From Chlorokybus atmophyticus (Eukaryota; Plantae; Mesostigma and Chlorokybus algae): a stretch of 64,000 bases of DNA. Every line of letters starts with the position of its first letter. Position 1 is the stretch's first letter. This document shows positions 33,173-46,317 of the stretch, in pieces. The notes under the pieces were generated by a model. That model ran no database searches and was not told the DNA's origin. It worked only from the letters and a program-made list of their open reading frames with translations. The stretch lies in NCBI GenBank assembly GCA_009103225.1, contig RHPI01002918.1, forward strand, positions 3,165 to 67,164. Direction: 5' to 3'. A program made the translations under genes and the position numbers.

Positions 33173-36100
33173 CTACAACTCATCGCGGAGCTCAACCTGC
33201 ACCACCTCAATCCCGTCCTCATCGCCCTCCACACCCTCCGCGCCCTCCCCGACCAGCACGAGCGTGTTGGATGCGTGCGTCCCCATCCCCTCCACCTTGT
33301 TGTCTCTCACGACCACATCCTTACACTCCTTCAGCCACACGATCGCCTTGTGGTCCGCGCCGTGGTCCTTGCCCGTGTCGTCAATGTGTTGCATGTGTGT
33401 GTCGACGAACTTGTTGTTGGTGATGGATACGCCCTTGGCGCCGACCACGCCAATGTCCACACCGCACCCGTTCTCGATGGTGTTGGACTCGATGGTGATG
33501 TCTTGGATGGTGTAGTGCAGGTGTGTTGATGGTGTTGTTGTGATGGAGCCAGCAAGGCTTATTGCGCCAGCTTGTTTGGACCACGGAGCGCTGCAGAAGC
33601 GGGCAGCGTCCGTGATGTGGTTGTTTCTTATCACCTGCAAGGTGACATGTTGTGTGTATTTGTGCATGCGTGTGCCTATAGACAACTCGTCTTACCACAT
33701 TCTTGACTAGAGCTGCGGCGCCTTCGGGCACCTCAGGGTCCACTTTGATGCCGCTCGGGCCGATCAGAGTGTTGTTCTCCACAACTCCATCACTGGCCTT
33801 GATCAAGATCCTATGCCCACAAACCAAGAAGCCAACATCTAGACTCTAGACTCAAGCACAAGTGCCTCACTCACCAAATACCAACATCCCTGTGAGTACT
33901 CCTCACACACACACATATCCACTCACCTCCCAACACTGTGCATGTAGTTGTCCCGAAACCCGAACCCATTCCCCTGTCTATCCGGACACACCACCGACAT
34001 CCCCACCTCAAACCCAAGATCACCCTCACCCTCCATTTCACCTCTGACCCATCCATCTCCAGCCAGACTCCAGAAGCTCCACGCCTGCGCCTGTTCGAGG
34101 CTGTGAAGGGTGTCCGCGCTGAGGTGCAGGGAGGCGTCGATCTTGGAGACGGGTGTGGCGGAGGAGAGGGTGAGAGAGTGTTGTTGGGTGGAGGGGGAGA
34201 AGAGGTGGTCGCCGGGAGTGAGGAGGGCGCAGGGGTCGCGAGGGATGAGGATGAGAGACTTGCCTGAGGGAGTGCGTGTGTGTGTCTGTGTCTGTGTGTG
34301 AGTGTACACGCACGAGTGTGCTTGCGCGAGTGTGCTTGTGCGAGCGTGCGTGCGCTAGCATGCGTGTGCATGTGGGTGTGTGCAGATGCGAGCATGTGTG
34401 TTGGTGCGCAGGCGTTGGTGCGATTGCGAATGTGACTTGAGCTTGTGAGATACACCCACCCACACCCACACGCCACCCCAACTTTCACTCACCTTCCGCC
34501 GCCCCGACCACCCAGTCCATGCTGGTGACGCTCCATCCGTCGTCCCCGCAGTGCTCGATGCGGCACCCCGTCGCCTGCGGACCGTGACGAGGCGAGTTGT
34601 GCAGGATGGCGTCCCAGTTGGTCGCAAGAAGACGGCCCTGCGTTTGGAAGTTGTCATAACTGTAAACAGAGAAACACGCAAACCAGCACGTGCACACACA
34701 CATACAAGCACACGCGCACGCACGCAGAAACACACACAGATATGCACACACAAGAGAGCGTATGCGTCCATGCGAGCACACGCACACGCACGCACACAAT
34801 CTCTCTCAACTGAATCCGCTCTCGGTGCCACATTGACGCCGACCAGTTCCGTCCCTCCCTCTCCCGCCGTCTCCACGAGGCCCATGCCGGGCGCGGCGCG
34901 GATGGACGCATCGACCAACTTGATGCCACCCCTGAAAAAGAGAGAGTATAGTTGATGAACCGATGGAGAGAGTGAACTACTACTTCCTCTTTCTCTCTTG
35001 CCTGCAGTGTTCTATTGCCATGGCGTGGGGGATGCCGTCGGGGGAGCAGCCGTTGGGGTCGCTCAGGGAGATGAGGTCGCCAACCTGAGAGGTGTGGGTG
35101 GGTGTGCGTACTGTGGGCGAATGTGCATCCTTATGAACGTGTGCGCACTTGCATGCGTGCGTGCGAGTGGGTCTCTGCTGGTGGATGTGTGCGTGCAAAT
35201 ACATGTGTGTGTGCGCGCGTGCGTGCGTGCGTGCGTGTTGTCACTGTACTGCTTGAGCACTCCTGCTCCAGGACCCACCTCAGCGAAGGAGCAGATGTTT
35301 TCGTGTGTTACGCGCACAACAGTCTCAGAGTCCATTTCTGCCTTTGCGCCCCAAAGGTAAGGCATGCCTGTCTACATACCAACAAAGCAATGTGTATATT
35401 GCTGTGTTCATGCCCATGGTACATTGTCGCTCGTGCTCACATACTTTGCGGTAGCGAGTGCGTGGATCCACAATGTCAATGCGGGTCCACGGCTGGCGCG
35501 GATATCTTTCATCAAGCTGTGTAACAAGTCGAACATCAGACAGATAATGACGGTGACCTGACACATGTTGGGTTGACTTTCAAGCACAATGAACAAGGCA
35601 CAAGAGTAGGCGGCTTTATGTGAGCACGTGTGCAAAAAGCCATCAGCAACCTCACCGATACATAGATGCTGCTTGAGTCTGCATCAACATTCGCAATCTG
35701 CACACACCACATATGAGCTCAGTGTCTCAGTCACACAACGCCAACCTGAAGTTTGCATGTGGTTGGATGCAGACGTAGTGTTGTTGCTGCTGTTCAAGCA
35801 ACACAACAAGATTGTGTATCATCGAACACACTCTGACCTGGCCTTGTGTGAATGGCAGAGGATCATAGTCGATCTCAAGCCCCGTTATAGTCACATCCTT
35901 GCAATCCCTGAGCTCCAAACACCTTGTCTGTACACCGTCATCACCACCACCATCACCACCACCATCAGCACCATCAGCACCATCACCACCAACAACAGCA
36001 ACATCAACAGCACACACACCTGTTTTGTGCACACGAATGTGACATTCGTGGCGTCGATGTGGAGGTCCTCCGCGCCCTGGATGAGAATGTGGATGGCGGG

Positions 36101-36204
36101 GTGGGGGGCCTGAGGGGAGAGGCGGTAGGTGCCTGGGGGGATGGTCACCTCATTCTTGCCATCTGAGAGAAACGAGGTGAGGAGTTGGTTCAGTGAGTGC
36201 ATCA

Positions 36205-36238
<34 letters not shown>

Positions 36239-36289
36239 AGTGCCTTGGATGGCGGCGTTGATGAGGGCGAGGGGGTCGTCAGCTGCCAT
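33173..36289 (-). CDS. Right-handed parallel beta-helix protein, GH110/GH28-clan glycosidase-like, multi-exon
   Basis: VTIPPGTYRL..IDATNVTFVCT; VTITGLEIDYDPLPFTQG; GRLLATNWDAILH..CRIEHCGDDG; RILIKASDGVVENNT; repeated IxNNxI/IESNTI/ITNNKF turns. No signal peptide is visible. Confidence 0.7.
35935..36010. repeat. Degenerate trinucleotide repeat (CAC/CAT/CAA) within an intron of the beta-helix gene
   Basis: caccaccaccatcaccaccaccatcagcaccatcagc.. lies between the exons ending CTKQ and starting TRCLEL. Confidence 0.7.
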
Positions 36290-38030
36290 GTTGCCGATGG
36301 TGAAGGAGAAGAATGCTGTACAGCAGAAATCGCTTCTGAGCCAGTGGACTATATCACAGTCAAGCGCCAACTGTACCGCCTAAAGCATCATCTAGTTGTA
36401 TCTCTCGTGACAACTGTCATGTGACGTGACAGCTCCCTGATGTGCGGTTGGGAAAAAGCCAGTCTCTCTGCTGTGAGGTGATGCGCATGTGTGGAGGGTG
36501 AGCCTGGTGCTGATGTTACAGCCCAGGCTCACCTTGTGTGATGTGCACTGAGTGAGGGAGCATTACCCGAGGTGTATCAGTAGAAGGTGAGGGCCCCTCA
36601 CCCACTACTGCTACGAACAACTGGAAGAAAACAGAGTCAGGTGGGTCTCGCAAAGTGACTGCGGACTGGAGTGGAAGCTGAGCGAGCTCCAGTGCAGCTG
36701 AAATCTGGGTGTACAAAGTTTCAGTCGTTATGACACAGCATAGACACAAGATGGCGACGGTGTGCTGGGTAGGCAGCTACGCATGCTAGCATGGCGTTGC
36801 ACATACACTCCATTGTCTCATGCTTGCACATAACATGCACATTTACCACCATGGTCATCACAATGATGGCATGCAGTCATCAACATGGGCATTCGCTTCT
36901 GCGAGGCGCCCTGTGCAAGCCGCTGACGGGGCATAACTACACGGGTTGGCAAAAGGGCTCGGTGACATGGCTGATCTACAAGTTGTTGGCTCACCCACCA
37001 CAACCGGGTTGTCTTGCTGGCGGGGGAGCGTGTGAGCGCAAATCTACAGGTTCGTTTGTTGGCTAGCATGTTGTTTGGGCCAGCCCCCTGTAGCTTTTGA
37101 TTGTTGCTTGCTGCTGCCTGTCTGCCTTGGCTATCCTGCACTGTTGAATGTAGACCAAAATTACGAAACAAAGTTGCTATATTTTTGAGATGCAGCTCTT
37201 ATCGATAAATCCAATTCAGCTGGTGAGCAATCGTTGCAGGTTTCTGCCTTGATTGACTGCTATGCGTTCTAATTTGCGCATGGGTGCGCGTGTGCAAATG
37301 TGAATCGGCATTTTTGCCATGGTCGTGCGTAATGCACCCGCTGTAAGTATAAGGTATTGTAATTCATGCAAGCAAGCAAGCAACCATCATCACCGCCCCA
37401 TCATATATAGCATAAACAACAGCAAAACTAGGCCAGGGGGTATAGCTCTTTTACCAACTACCGCTAGGACATCCTCTAGCCTATGTGCGTGCTATGTGCA
37501 ATGCAATGGGACCCAGGCCCAGGCAAGGGTATTGACAACATAACTGGTACAAGAAGTAGGTAGCGTGTCATCATGATGTACTCGCATGGTAAATGAGGTG
37601 TAGCAAGCTACTGCAAACGGCAATGCAATTACTAGAGCTACATTGCAAGCTTGCACTTATCTGATACGCTTGCATGGTAATACAAATAATACATCTACAT
37701 ACAGAACTTATGTGCACAGGAAGACGCTACAATGCATCAAATGCCGTGCATCGAGCCACTGTACAACAAAGTTCATACCACAGCAAGATAAACACATGTG
37801 AGAACAAAACAACTGGCAAACTCACACACAAAAAGAGTACCTCTTTGTACGTGGCAGTATCAGTCCAACAATCAGAGCCAGCAGTGGCAGGTTATCTGAA
37901 CTCATGCAGAGCGCAGGACTGGCACACGTTCAGCCAGCATGCACCAAGAGAGTATGTACAACACCAAATGTACACATGGACCAAAGCTTACACCAATACT
38001 GAAGGCTCAGTAGCTTACTTCCACGGCAGA

Positions 38031-41000
38031 CTATCTCTTGCGCCGCTTTTTGTGCCGTTTGTCATCTTCACTTTCACTCTCGCTCTCACTTTCGCTCTCA
38101 GACTCGCTGCTATCAGTGTCAGTGCTGCTGTCCGTGTCGCTGCTTTCAGTGTCAGACTCGGAGCTATCGCTGCCGGATGGCTCGGCCGGGCGCTGCTGCT
38201 GCATGATGATCTTGGGCATGTTTTTGAGGTACTCGCGCAGGCTGTCGGTGAGGCCGCCTAGACCAATGGAGGTGAAGTAGTTAATGGCGAAACGCGTGTT
38301 CTTCGGCGTGTCTTTAGGGAACAGACCCTCGAAGCTGTCCTTCATGTAAGGGTCGTTGAGTCTCTCGTTCAGCTTGCGCAGGCCGAGGTGTTCTGACAGT
38401 TCTTGGAACAAGATCTTGATGAATATGCGACTGGAGCTGGTGGTGTCTTCCTCAGTCAATCTGATGTATGCCAGAGTGGTCCATGGAAGCGCGTCTGTCG
38501 CCAGCAGATGCGCATAGAACTTAGCCACATTACGGAGCTTGTTGGTCTCGAGCCTGTGTATCATCGCATACTGCTTGGCAAAGCAATCGTCAAACAATTG
38601 CTGGTATATCTTGTTCAACCGGCAGAAGCGCTCCCCCAACAAACCATAATACCGCAGGTATGTGCGCTCCTGTAGAAATGACAGAACATAAGCAACATGC
38701 AGTATATGAAACTAAATTCTGCGGTGCAAAATCCCAATCCCTGCGATCTCCACAACGTACCTGAGAGCAACATTCAAGCATCATGGTGCACAGCTCGATC
38801 TCTTGACCTGGAGCCAACTGAATCTTCATCAGCTTGTGACCAGCTTCTTCAAAATCAACAGACGACATGATGGTGAGGTAGATGGTACGCCGCAGGTTGA
38901 CGAGATTTGTTGCCGTTTCATCTTGGATGCGCATCTGCACACAACAGCTGTCAGTCGGATGCCCCCACCAACCTATGCTTCGGTAGATGCCACTCAAACA
39001 AGAGAAGCAGCATGGCGCACAGTATGGCGAATAACCGTAAGTAGACCAGTCAACATGATGTACGAGCACACCTTTTCCTCGTCTTCTTCCTCATCTTCTT
39101 CCTCTGACTCCTCTTCATCGCTGCCTTCCTCAGATTTCTCTTCTTCTTCTTCATCCTCAACGTCCAGTATCTCTTTCTTGATAGCTTCATACTTCGCTTC
39201 ATTCTCCGTGTAATTAGGATCCACCTGCAAAGACACAATGTCAACAGACTGCGAGCACACGCCATCACGCACAGCAAGGGTAACAGGCGCATGCGTAAGC
39301 GATGGCGCGTACCTTGAAGACGTCCAGGTTACTTTCCGGGGTGAGCTCATCGTCCAGTGAAATCTCATGAGTGATCTGATCTTCCTCCTCAACCAGGTCC
39401 AGGTTCTCAGGGACACCTGGGTGATCCTTGAAGCCGCCCTTTCGCACCTGCAGAGACAAGAAGTTCACAATGCAGTTGACAAAAGTGGTCACATGAAGAA
39501 CAAGAACACATTTTGCGTTTAAGCCCTACTCACCGCAAATAGGCCTTCTATCATGAACTGCACTCGCTTGTCGATGGTGCCCTCGTGCAGGATGCCACGG
39601 AACCGCTCAAATATGGAGTGAAGGCCAGTGGGGCTGAGATCTTGTAGCGTCTTGCCACACTCCTTCACAAAAGCAACAGCAAGCTCCACGCTGTCGTCAG
39701 TAGGCCGCTCCAGCAGCAGTGCCAGAATCTGAAACAACAACCGCCACAAACCAAGTTTATTGACATAAATGCACACTCTTGTTGCTCGATTTAATCAACA
39801 ATGGCGTATTTAGCACTTACCTCAAGTGCTAGCAGCTCGTGAGCGACATGCTGGTTTACGAGATGAGCCAAGAACACAGACGCTGCCATGCATACAGGTT
39901 TGTCGTTGCGCTTGTATGCTCGCCGGAACTGCAATACAGCCCTTTTCAGCAACAACTCTCCAAGCTCCGGGAGCTTGGTATTTACAACTGCAGCCAATGC
40001 TGCATAAACGGGTGTAAAGGCTGGAGACGCCATCTGTGACTTCATTAACGAGCGCGCAAAAAGTCCACGCCCGCGCACCAAGTTCTCCGACAACAACTCT
40101 GGTAGCAAATTGGCCAGGTTGCTAGTGTTAACCTAGATTCAGTCACATAACAGGTTAGGAACACTGCATAAGCGCATGTCCAACACTGCAACAGCAAAGG
40201 TGCTCACGCACCTTGTTCACCAGCCCGTTGATGGACTTCCTCAATGCATCCCATGACATGCGCTGGAACTCAGCACTAGCCTTGTCGTCAACGTCGCGCA
40301 TCATTTGGGCCAGCTTGAAAGGTGGAACATACACACCACCCGTACGGCCGGCAGGCACAACCTTGCGAACTGGCTTTGCTGGCTCATCTTGCACCCTGGC
40401 ATCTGAATCGCGCGCAATCTGCAGAGTCTAGGGTCAGAGTGACTACAACCGCAATGCATGTATCCTATGAGTTGCTAGAAGACAGTGTGTCGTGCATTGC
40501 CAAGGCATTAGTCACGAACAAATGGTGGACGTAGTCATACATAGCATGCTGCATAACAAAAAAACTGGCAACACAATACAACATGGACAGCAAGAAATGC
40601 AGAGCGTTTACTTGACGGCAAACGCGCATGCACACTCTACACGGCCAACCACAGAGCGTGACATGTCTGGTAGTAACTTGTCGCAAAGCACACTACCACA
40701 ACTGAGCAACATGGCATGCCTGAAGCAAACAACTACTGTTATCGCAAACGCCATTCACCAACATGAACCGGATGCGCACAACTGATTACACCTGCTTGAC
40801 GCTTGATGTTAGAGCTACAACCATGCATCACCGATACACCGAAACGAGAGGTTGTAACGTCCGCAAGGTTGTAACGTCCAGGAAGGGCTCAATGTACAAA
40901 CAATGTAACTGAAACTCACAGAAGTACACCACCTGCATGCAATATGCTGGCAACTGGCAAGCAATGCAGTGATCGCACAAGAGTTGCATGCGCTCATACC

Positions 41001-41680
41001 TCTTTGGTAGCGCCGTTTGCTGCGGCTCCATCGTTTTCATCCCCATTCCTAGACCTGTAGCGGTCCTCCTTGACATCATTGCTGCGGCGCTCCGCACGAT
41101 CATACCCATCCCTGTCAGTGCGGTCGCGCCTATCCCTGCCCCTGTCCCTCTCCCTCTCATCATAATCACGATCCCGACCCCGCTCCCTGTCTCTGCGAGA
41201 GTCCCGGTCCCGATCCCTCTCCCGGTCTCTACGACGGTTCCTCTCCCGGTCTCTGTCACGGTCTCCATCTCTTTCCCTCTCTCTATCCCTGTCTCTCTCT
41301 CCGTCCCTATCTCTGGCCCTGTCTCTCTCCCTATCTCTATCCCTATCCCTGTCGCCCTCCCTGTCTCGCTCCCTGTCTCCCTCTCTTCGCCCCTCCCTTC
41401 TCCTGTTCCCGTTGTCACCATCATCCTGGCGCTCCCTCCCTTCGTCTCCCTCTTGACGCACGTCGGCGGCATTATCATCTTCCGCAGCCTTCTTCTTCTC
41501 AGCTTCAGCGCCGTCGTCCTCATTGTACACATCGGCTACCAGGCCCGGCTCCGCATGCTCCCCCTCCTTCCCATTGTCCTTAGCAGCCGCAGGCGATGAC
41601 GAGGGGCTGGCTTCTCCTTCCTCGCTGTCGGAGGAAGAAGAGCTTCGGGAGGACGAGCTCCGGCTACGCCTCCGGGCCAT
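38031..41680 (-). CDS. CWC22: Pre-mRNA splicing factor CWC22 (RD/RE-rich N-terminus, MIF4G and MA3 domains), multi-exon
   Basis: [28 protein letters not shown]; [33 protein letters not shown]; [17 protein letters not shown]; [25 protein letters not shown]; [19 protein letters not shown]. Confidence 0.97.
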
Positions 41681-41746
41681 TGCACCCGACGACACCGCGA
41701 AGGCCGCCGCGGCCAACGCCAACGCCGCCGCCGCTCACCAGCCCAC

Positions 41747-41850
41747 AAACCCTAATTTTAGCATGCAAGGCCTAAGCAAGCCCTAATTGCCGTTTGGTCG
41801 TTAGACTCGGTCAACTCTGACTGAATCAAGTCACGGATTTCAACCCTAAT
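41747..41850. promoter_or_regulatory. Telo-box cluster in the CWC22/sulfite oxidase divergent region
   Basis: AAACCCTAA at 41747-41755, AAGCCCTAAT at 41778 and AACCCTAAT at 41842. Confidence 0.55.
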
Positions 41851-42642
41851 TGCTGCTCAAGGGGCATGTAGCGCCGATATCTGCGTTTGTACGGCTAGAC
41901 TGAAATCTAATTCACGTAACGTGGTTGTCTTTAGCTACGTTGGCATCGCCTATGTCGCTGGTCATGTCGCTGGCTATGTTGCCGCCCTCGAGGGCTGTGG
42001 CGGGCTATGGCGGGCGATCCGGACGCTTTCTGACGCAGAGCTTGCTGGGGGGGTACAACGCGATGCACGCATGTTTTTAGATCCTGGGTGTCTGTGACAC
42101 TGCTGTAGCATAGATCAGCTTGTCGTGAAAGCACTCTTGCAAGCATTTGCTTTGCCTTATGGTCAAGCTTGGCAGCATGGTGCAAGCTGACTGGCAGTGA
42201 GGTATTGCAGCCGTCAACAACTGGTTATGCGCCTGGTGAATGTCTGCATCTATGCATGAATCTTGCAAGATGACTCGAGTAACAGACCAACCATTATCCA
42301 ATATGCCCTCCAAACCTGGTTGTCTAGCTACCTGGCTGCACAATGTGCTCGAAGTGTTGAAATTGATGTCTCTGGAGACAACTCTACTAGAGCTAACTGA
42401 GCTGCTGTAAGTTGGGCTTGGTTGCTTTGGTTTCCTGGAGCGACCACTGTTTGCTGACCTCGAATGCTTTGGTTCCTAAGCATACTAATCTGCCAGGCAA
42501 ATTGAATTAAGTTGACGGTGGGCCATTGGTACTGGGGTTGTGCTTGTAATTGACAAAAAGCAAGGTCACCATGACAGTCATTCAGCGTACTGTTGCAGGC
42601 ACTGAATGCGCTTGGCCAAGTGTCAAGTGCTTGAGAACAACA

Positions 42643-45546
42643 ATGCGCACCACACAGCTGCTCCGGCATGCCAGTAGCCTGAAGCAGGCCATTGCAGCAA
42701 GAAGTGCACTGCGCGTGTCCAGTGCACTTCATGTTCGCAGCTGTACCTCGGCTTCACAGCATGCAGAGGAACCTTCCAGCAGCACCTTTGTCTCAACCGC
42801 TGCAGCCGTTGGTGCAGCCGTTGGTGGCATTGGCACGCTGCTGCTGTCCTACTCAGTAAGCCGTTAGATGACAGCTGTCACAGTACTTACTGCTGTTATT
42901 ACTTATGTTGGACACATTGCGAGTCGTTGACTTGTCTGGACTTTATGTATGTTGTCTACAGTGGGCTAGCCAGTCTGTAAAGGCGGAGGCAGCCAAGACA
43001 ACGCCAGCGCCCGGCAGTGTGATCTCCGGCTTGCCTGAGTATACTCGCAAAGACGTGGAGAAGCATGCAACTGATCAGGACCGCATATGGGTCACATACA
43101 AGGATGGTGTCTATGACATCACAGATTTTGTAAGTGATGTCACAAATGTATAATTCAGGTCTCAAGCTTACATGCACAGTACTTGACCAACAATTTTACG
43201 CTGAAGGCCGCGTTGCCAGGTTGATGCGCATCCAGGCGGACGCGGGAAGATCACATTGGCAGCTGGCGCTGATATCGGGCCCTTTTGGGCGATGTACCAA
43301 CAACATGCGAATCCACAGGTGCGAGTTCTGCTACTACAGTTGCCATGCACTCTTGTGCACACTGGTAGAGTCCATCTTCATGGCAACATGTACTGATTGC
43401 CTTACTAGACACTTGATGTTGTGTTGTTTGCATGTGGCAATGCTAACAGCAAACCCGATGGTACTCGCAGGTGCAGGATTTGCTAGAAGAACTTCGCATT
43501 GGTAACTTGGCAGCAGCTGACCGCGCAACAAAGGTAGGCCATGATGGTTGCATTTTGTGCTGCCAGCCACCAGTTGCAGTCACTAGTAAAGGCATCATGC
43601 ATCTACTCGCGCAATTGCCAAGTTGTCTTCTTCGCTCAGATTGTAATGGAAGACCCGTACAAGAATGAACCACCACGGCACCGAGCGCTTGTCGTGCGCA
43701 GCCAAAAGCCGTTCAATGCAGAGGTGCCATACACGATTGCTGCCGAGCAATTCAACACCCCGAACGAGTTATTCTACGTGCGCAACCATCTTCCTGTACC
43801 CAAGGTGAAGGCGGTTGTACGAACTTCCCAATGTAAATGTGACTTGCAAAAGGTGGGAGTTGTTCATGGTGGACATGCGGTTGCTACAGGTGGATGCCAA
43901 AGAGTACGAGTTGACGGTTACCGGTGAAGGCGCCAAGCTGCTGAAGCTCAGCCTTGATGATCTGAAAACCAAGTTCAAGAAACAATATGTGACCAGCACA
44001 GTTCAATGCGCTGGTGAGTGTGCACTCACCGGCATTCACAATGTTGCAACGGCGATCAATGGATAAGAGTCTTGTGCTGCACTAGGCAATAGGCGCAATG
44101 AGATGACGCGACTGAAACCTGTCAAGGGTGGTGAGTGGGAGTTTGGCGCCATCAGCAATGCGACGTGGGCTGGCGCAAAGCTGAGCGACGTGCTTGCTGA
44201 GGCTGGTGTCGACCTCAATTCAGGTGCACATACAGCTATATGCATAGGTGTATGAGAACCTGCTATTCTGGTTGAGTAACACACGAATAGTAGCTTGATA
44301 TCCTGGTGTTTGCCTTCCATTGCAGTGGCTGCAGGTGTGCAACATGTCCAGTTTGAAGGTCTTGACAAGGACATCAGCAGCATTCATTATGGAGCTTCCA
44401 TACCAGGTACACGTTCAATGGTATATGCTGGTCAAGTACAACTTGATCTATGCGTTTTTCAGATGTGGGTTGTCTTACCCCACTGCTTGCCTTGCAGCCG
44501 ATAAAGCCCTAAACCCTTTCAACGATGTCATTCTTGCCTATGAGATGAATGGCGAGGAGCTGCCCGCAGATCATGGCTACCCTGTCAGGGTTGTAGTTCC
44601 CGGTGTTGTTGGGGCGCGACAGGTCGGTGATGACCTAGTCTCTGATGAACTGGATGTTGTTGGGGTGGGCTATGTGATTAAGCAAGTGTCTTGTTCTTGT
44701 GAGACACACACCATGGTTCTTGCTGCCGCTGATGGCGTGTCAATGCGCGTTTGTGATACCTTGCAGGTGAAGTGGTTGTCCAAGATAGTCACCAGCTCGG
44801 ACGAGTCCTCGTCCCATTGGCAGCAGGCGGATTACAAGGCTTTCTCACCCAACGTTGACTGGGATAATGTTGATTGGAAGGCAGCGCCTCCCATTCAAGA
44901 TTGCCCTGTCACCAGTGCCATTTGCGAGCCTCTACCCGACACACACGTTCCTGCTGGGTAAGTGTAATGTGCTGCCAAGCCATTTAGAACCTGTGCACAT
45001 GCATACCTGTCTCTGTGTGCGTGTGTCGTTGAGTGTGTGCACAAGCTGTCAGCGTCTGACAATTCACACACACAGGACCTATGAGCTCATGGTCCGAGGG
45101 TATGCTTACTCGGGAGGTGGGAAAGGCGTGATCCGCGTGGACGTGTCTGGTGACGGCGGCAAGACTTGGCACACGGCTGATCTGATCAAACCTAAACAGC
45201 CTCCAGGACGTGTCTGGGCATGGACCCAATGGAAGGTTGGGTTCGATAGCTTTTTCCAATTCCCTGCTATGCATGACGCATGTTGTGCGTAGCAACAGGG
45301 CGTTGTAAACATGCCAAGTAATACACTGTATTTCTGGTATGGCTTTTGCGTATCGTTGGTGACTTTGATGACTGCTCGCAGGTTGACATTCCGCTACCCA
45401 AGGATGCTTCAGGCAAACTGGAACTGTGCTGCAAGGCCGTGGATGAGTCTTACAATACACAGCCGGAGTCCATCGCACCGATATGGAACTTGCGAGGAGT
45501 CATCAACAACGCGTGGCATCGCGTACCAGTCGTAATTGAGAAGTAA
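42643..45546 (+). CDS. SUOX: Sulfite oxidase of animal/Chlamydomonas type: mitochondrial-like presequence, hydrophobic segment, cytochrome b5 heme domain, Moco domain and dimerisation domain
   Basis: b5 [33 protein letters not shown]; Moco [19 protein letters not shown]; TVQCAGNRR; [22 protein letters not shown]; [18 protein letters not shown]; [14 protein letters not shown]. Ends VVIEK, with no PTS1. Confidence 0.95.
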
Positions 45547-45829
45547 AGGATCGCACCATCTGTCTGACAGCAATTGTGACTGCCTTGAGCACTAGTATAC
45601 ACCTGATCTCCTCACACACTGCATGTCCATGATATCAAGAGCGACCAACCTGAAGTTGTGTGAGCTTGTAGAAGCTTATCACGAGCTACGGATTGCACAC
45701 TACTGTTTGTGTTGTGCTTGGTTTTCCAAGCAGTTCTGTCCGTTGTTGGGAGCTATATATCAAAATAGTTTGCGCATTTGCGAATGTGTGTACGACATAT
45801 AGGATGCTGGGATGTGTGCATAAGGGGGG

Positions 45830-46317
45830 GGTTTACGAGATGAGCCAAGAACACAGACGCTGCCATGCATACAGGTTTGTCGTTGCGCTTGTATGCTCGC
45901 CGGAACTGCAATACAGCCCTTTTCAGCAACAACTCTCCAAGCTCCGGGAGCTTGGTATTTACAACTGCAGCCAATGCTGCATAAACGGGTGTAAAGGCTG
46001 GAGACGCCATCTGTGACTTCATTAACGAGCGCGCAAAAAGTCCACGCCCGCGCACCAAGTTCTCCGACAACAACTCTGGTAGCAAATTGGCCAGGTTGCT
46101 AGTGTTAACCTAGATTCAGTCACATAACAGGTTAGGAACACTGCATAAGCGCATGTCCAACACTGCAACAGCAAAGGTGCTCACGCACCTTGTTCACCAG
46201 CCCGTTGATGGACTTCCTCAATGCATCCCATGACATGCGCTGGAACTCAGCACTAGCCTTGTCGTCAACGTCGCGCATCATTTGGGCCAGCTTGAAAGGT
46301 GGAACATACACACCACC
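45830..46317. repeat. Exact 488-bp direct copy of CWC22 segment 39853-40340 (exon-intron-exon)
   Basis: Same length and no mismatch seen by eye, intron included. Bounded by a G-run on the left and by N plus a G-run on the right. Confidence 0.9.

Noticed and set aside
36516-37171. Exon-like minus-strand segments upstream of the beta-helix gene
   Set aside because: Splicing them to the next acceptor is out of frame with the beta-helix ORF and hits a stop; treated as 5' UTR exons.
40828-41786. Overlapping and antisense ORFs (IPIPVSL-rich, TGIGIE-rich)
   Set aside because: Shadows of the RD/RE-repeat first exon of CWC22.
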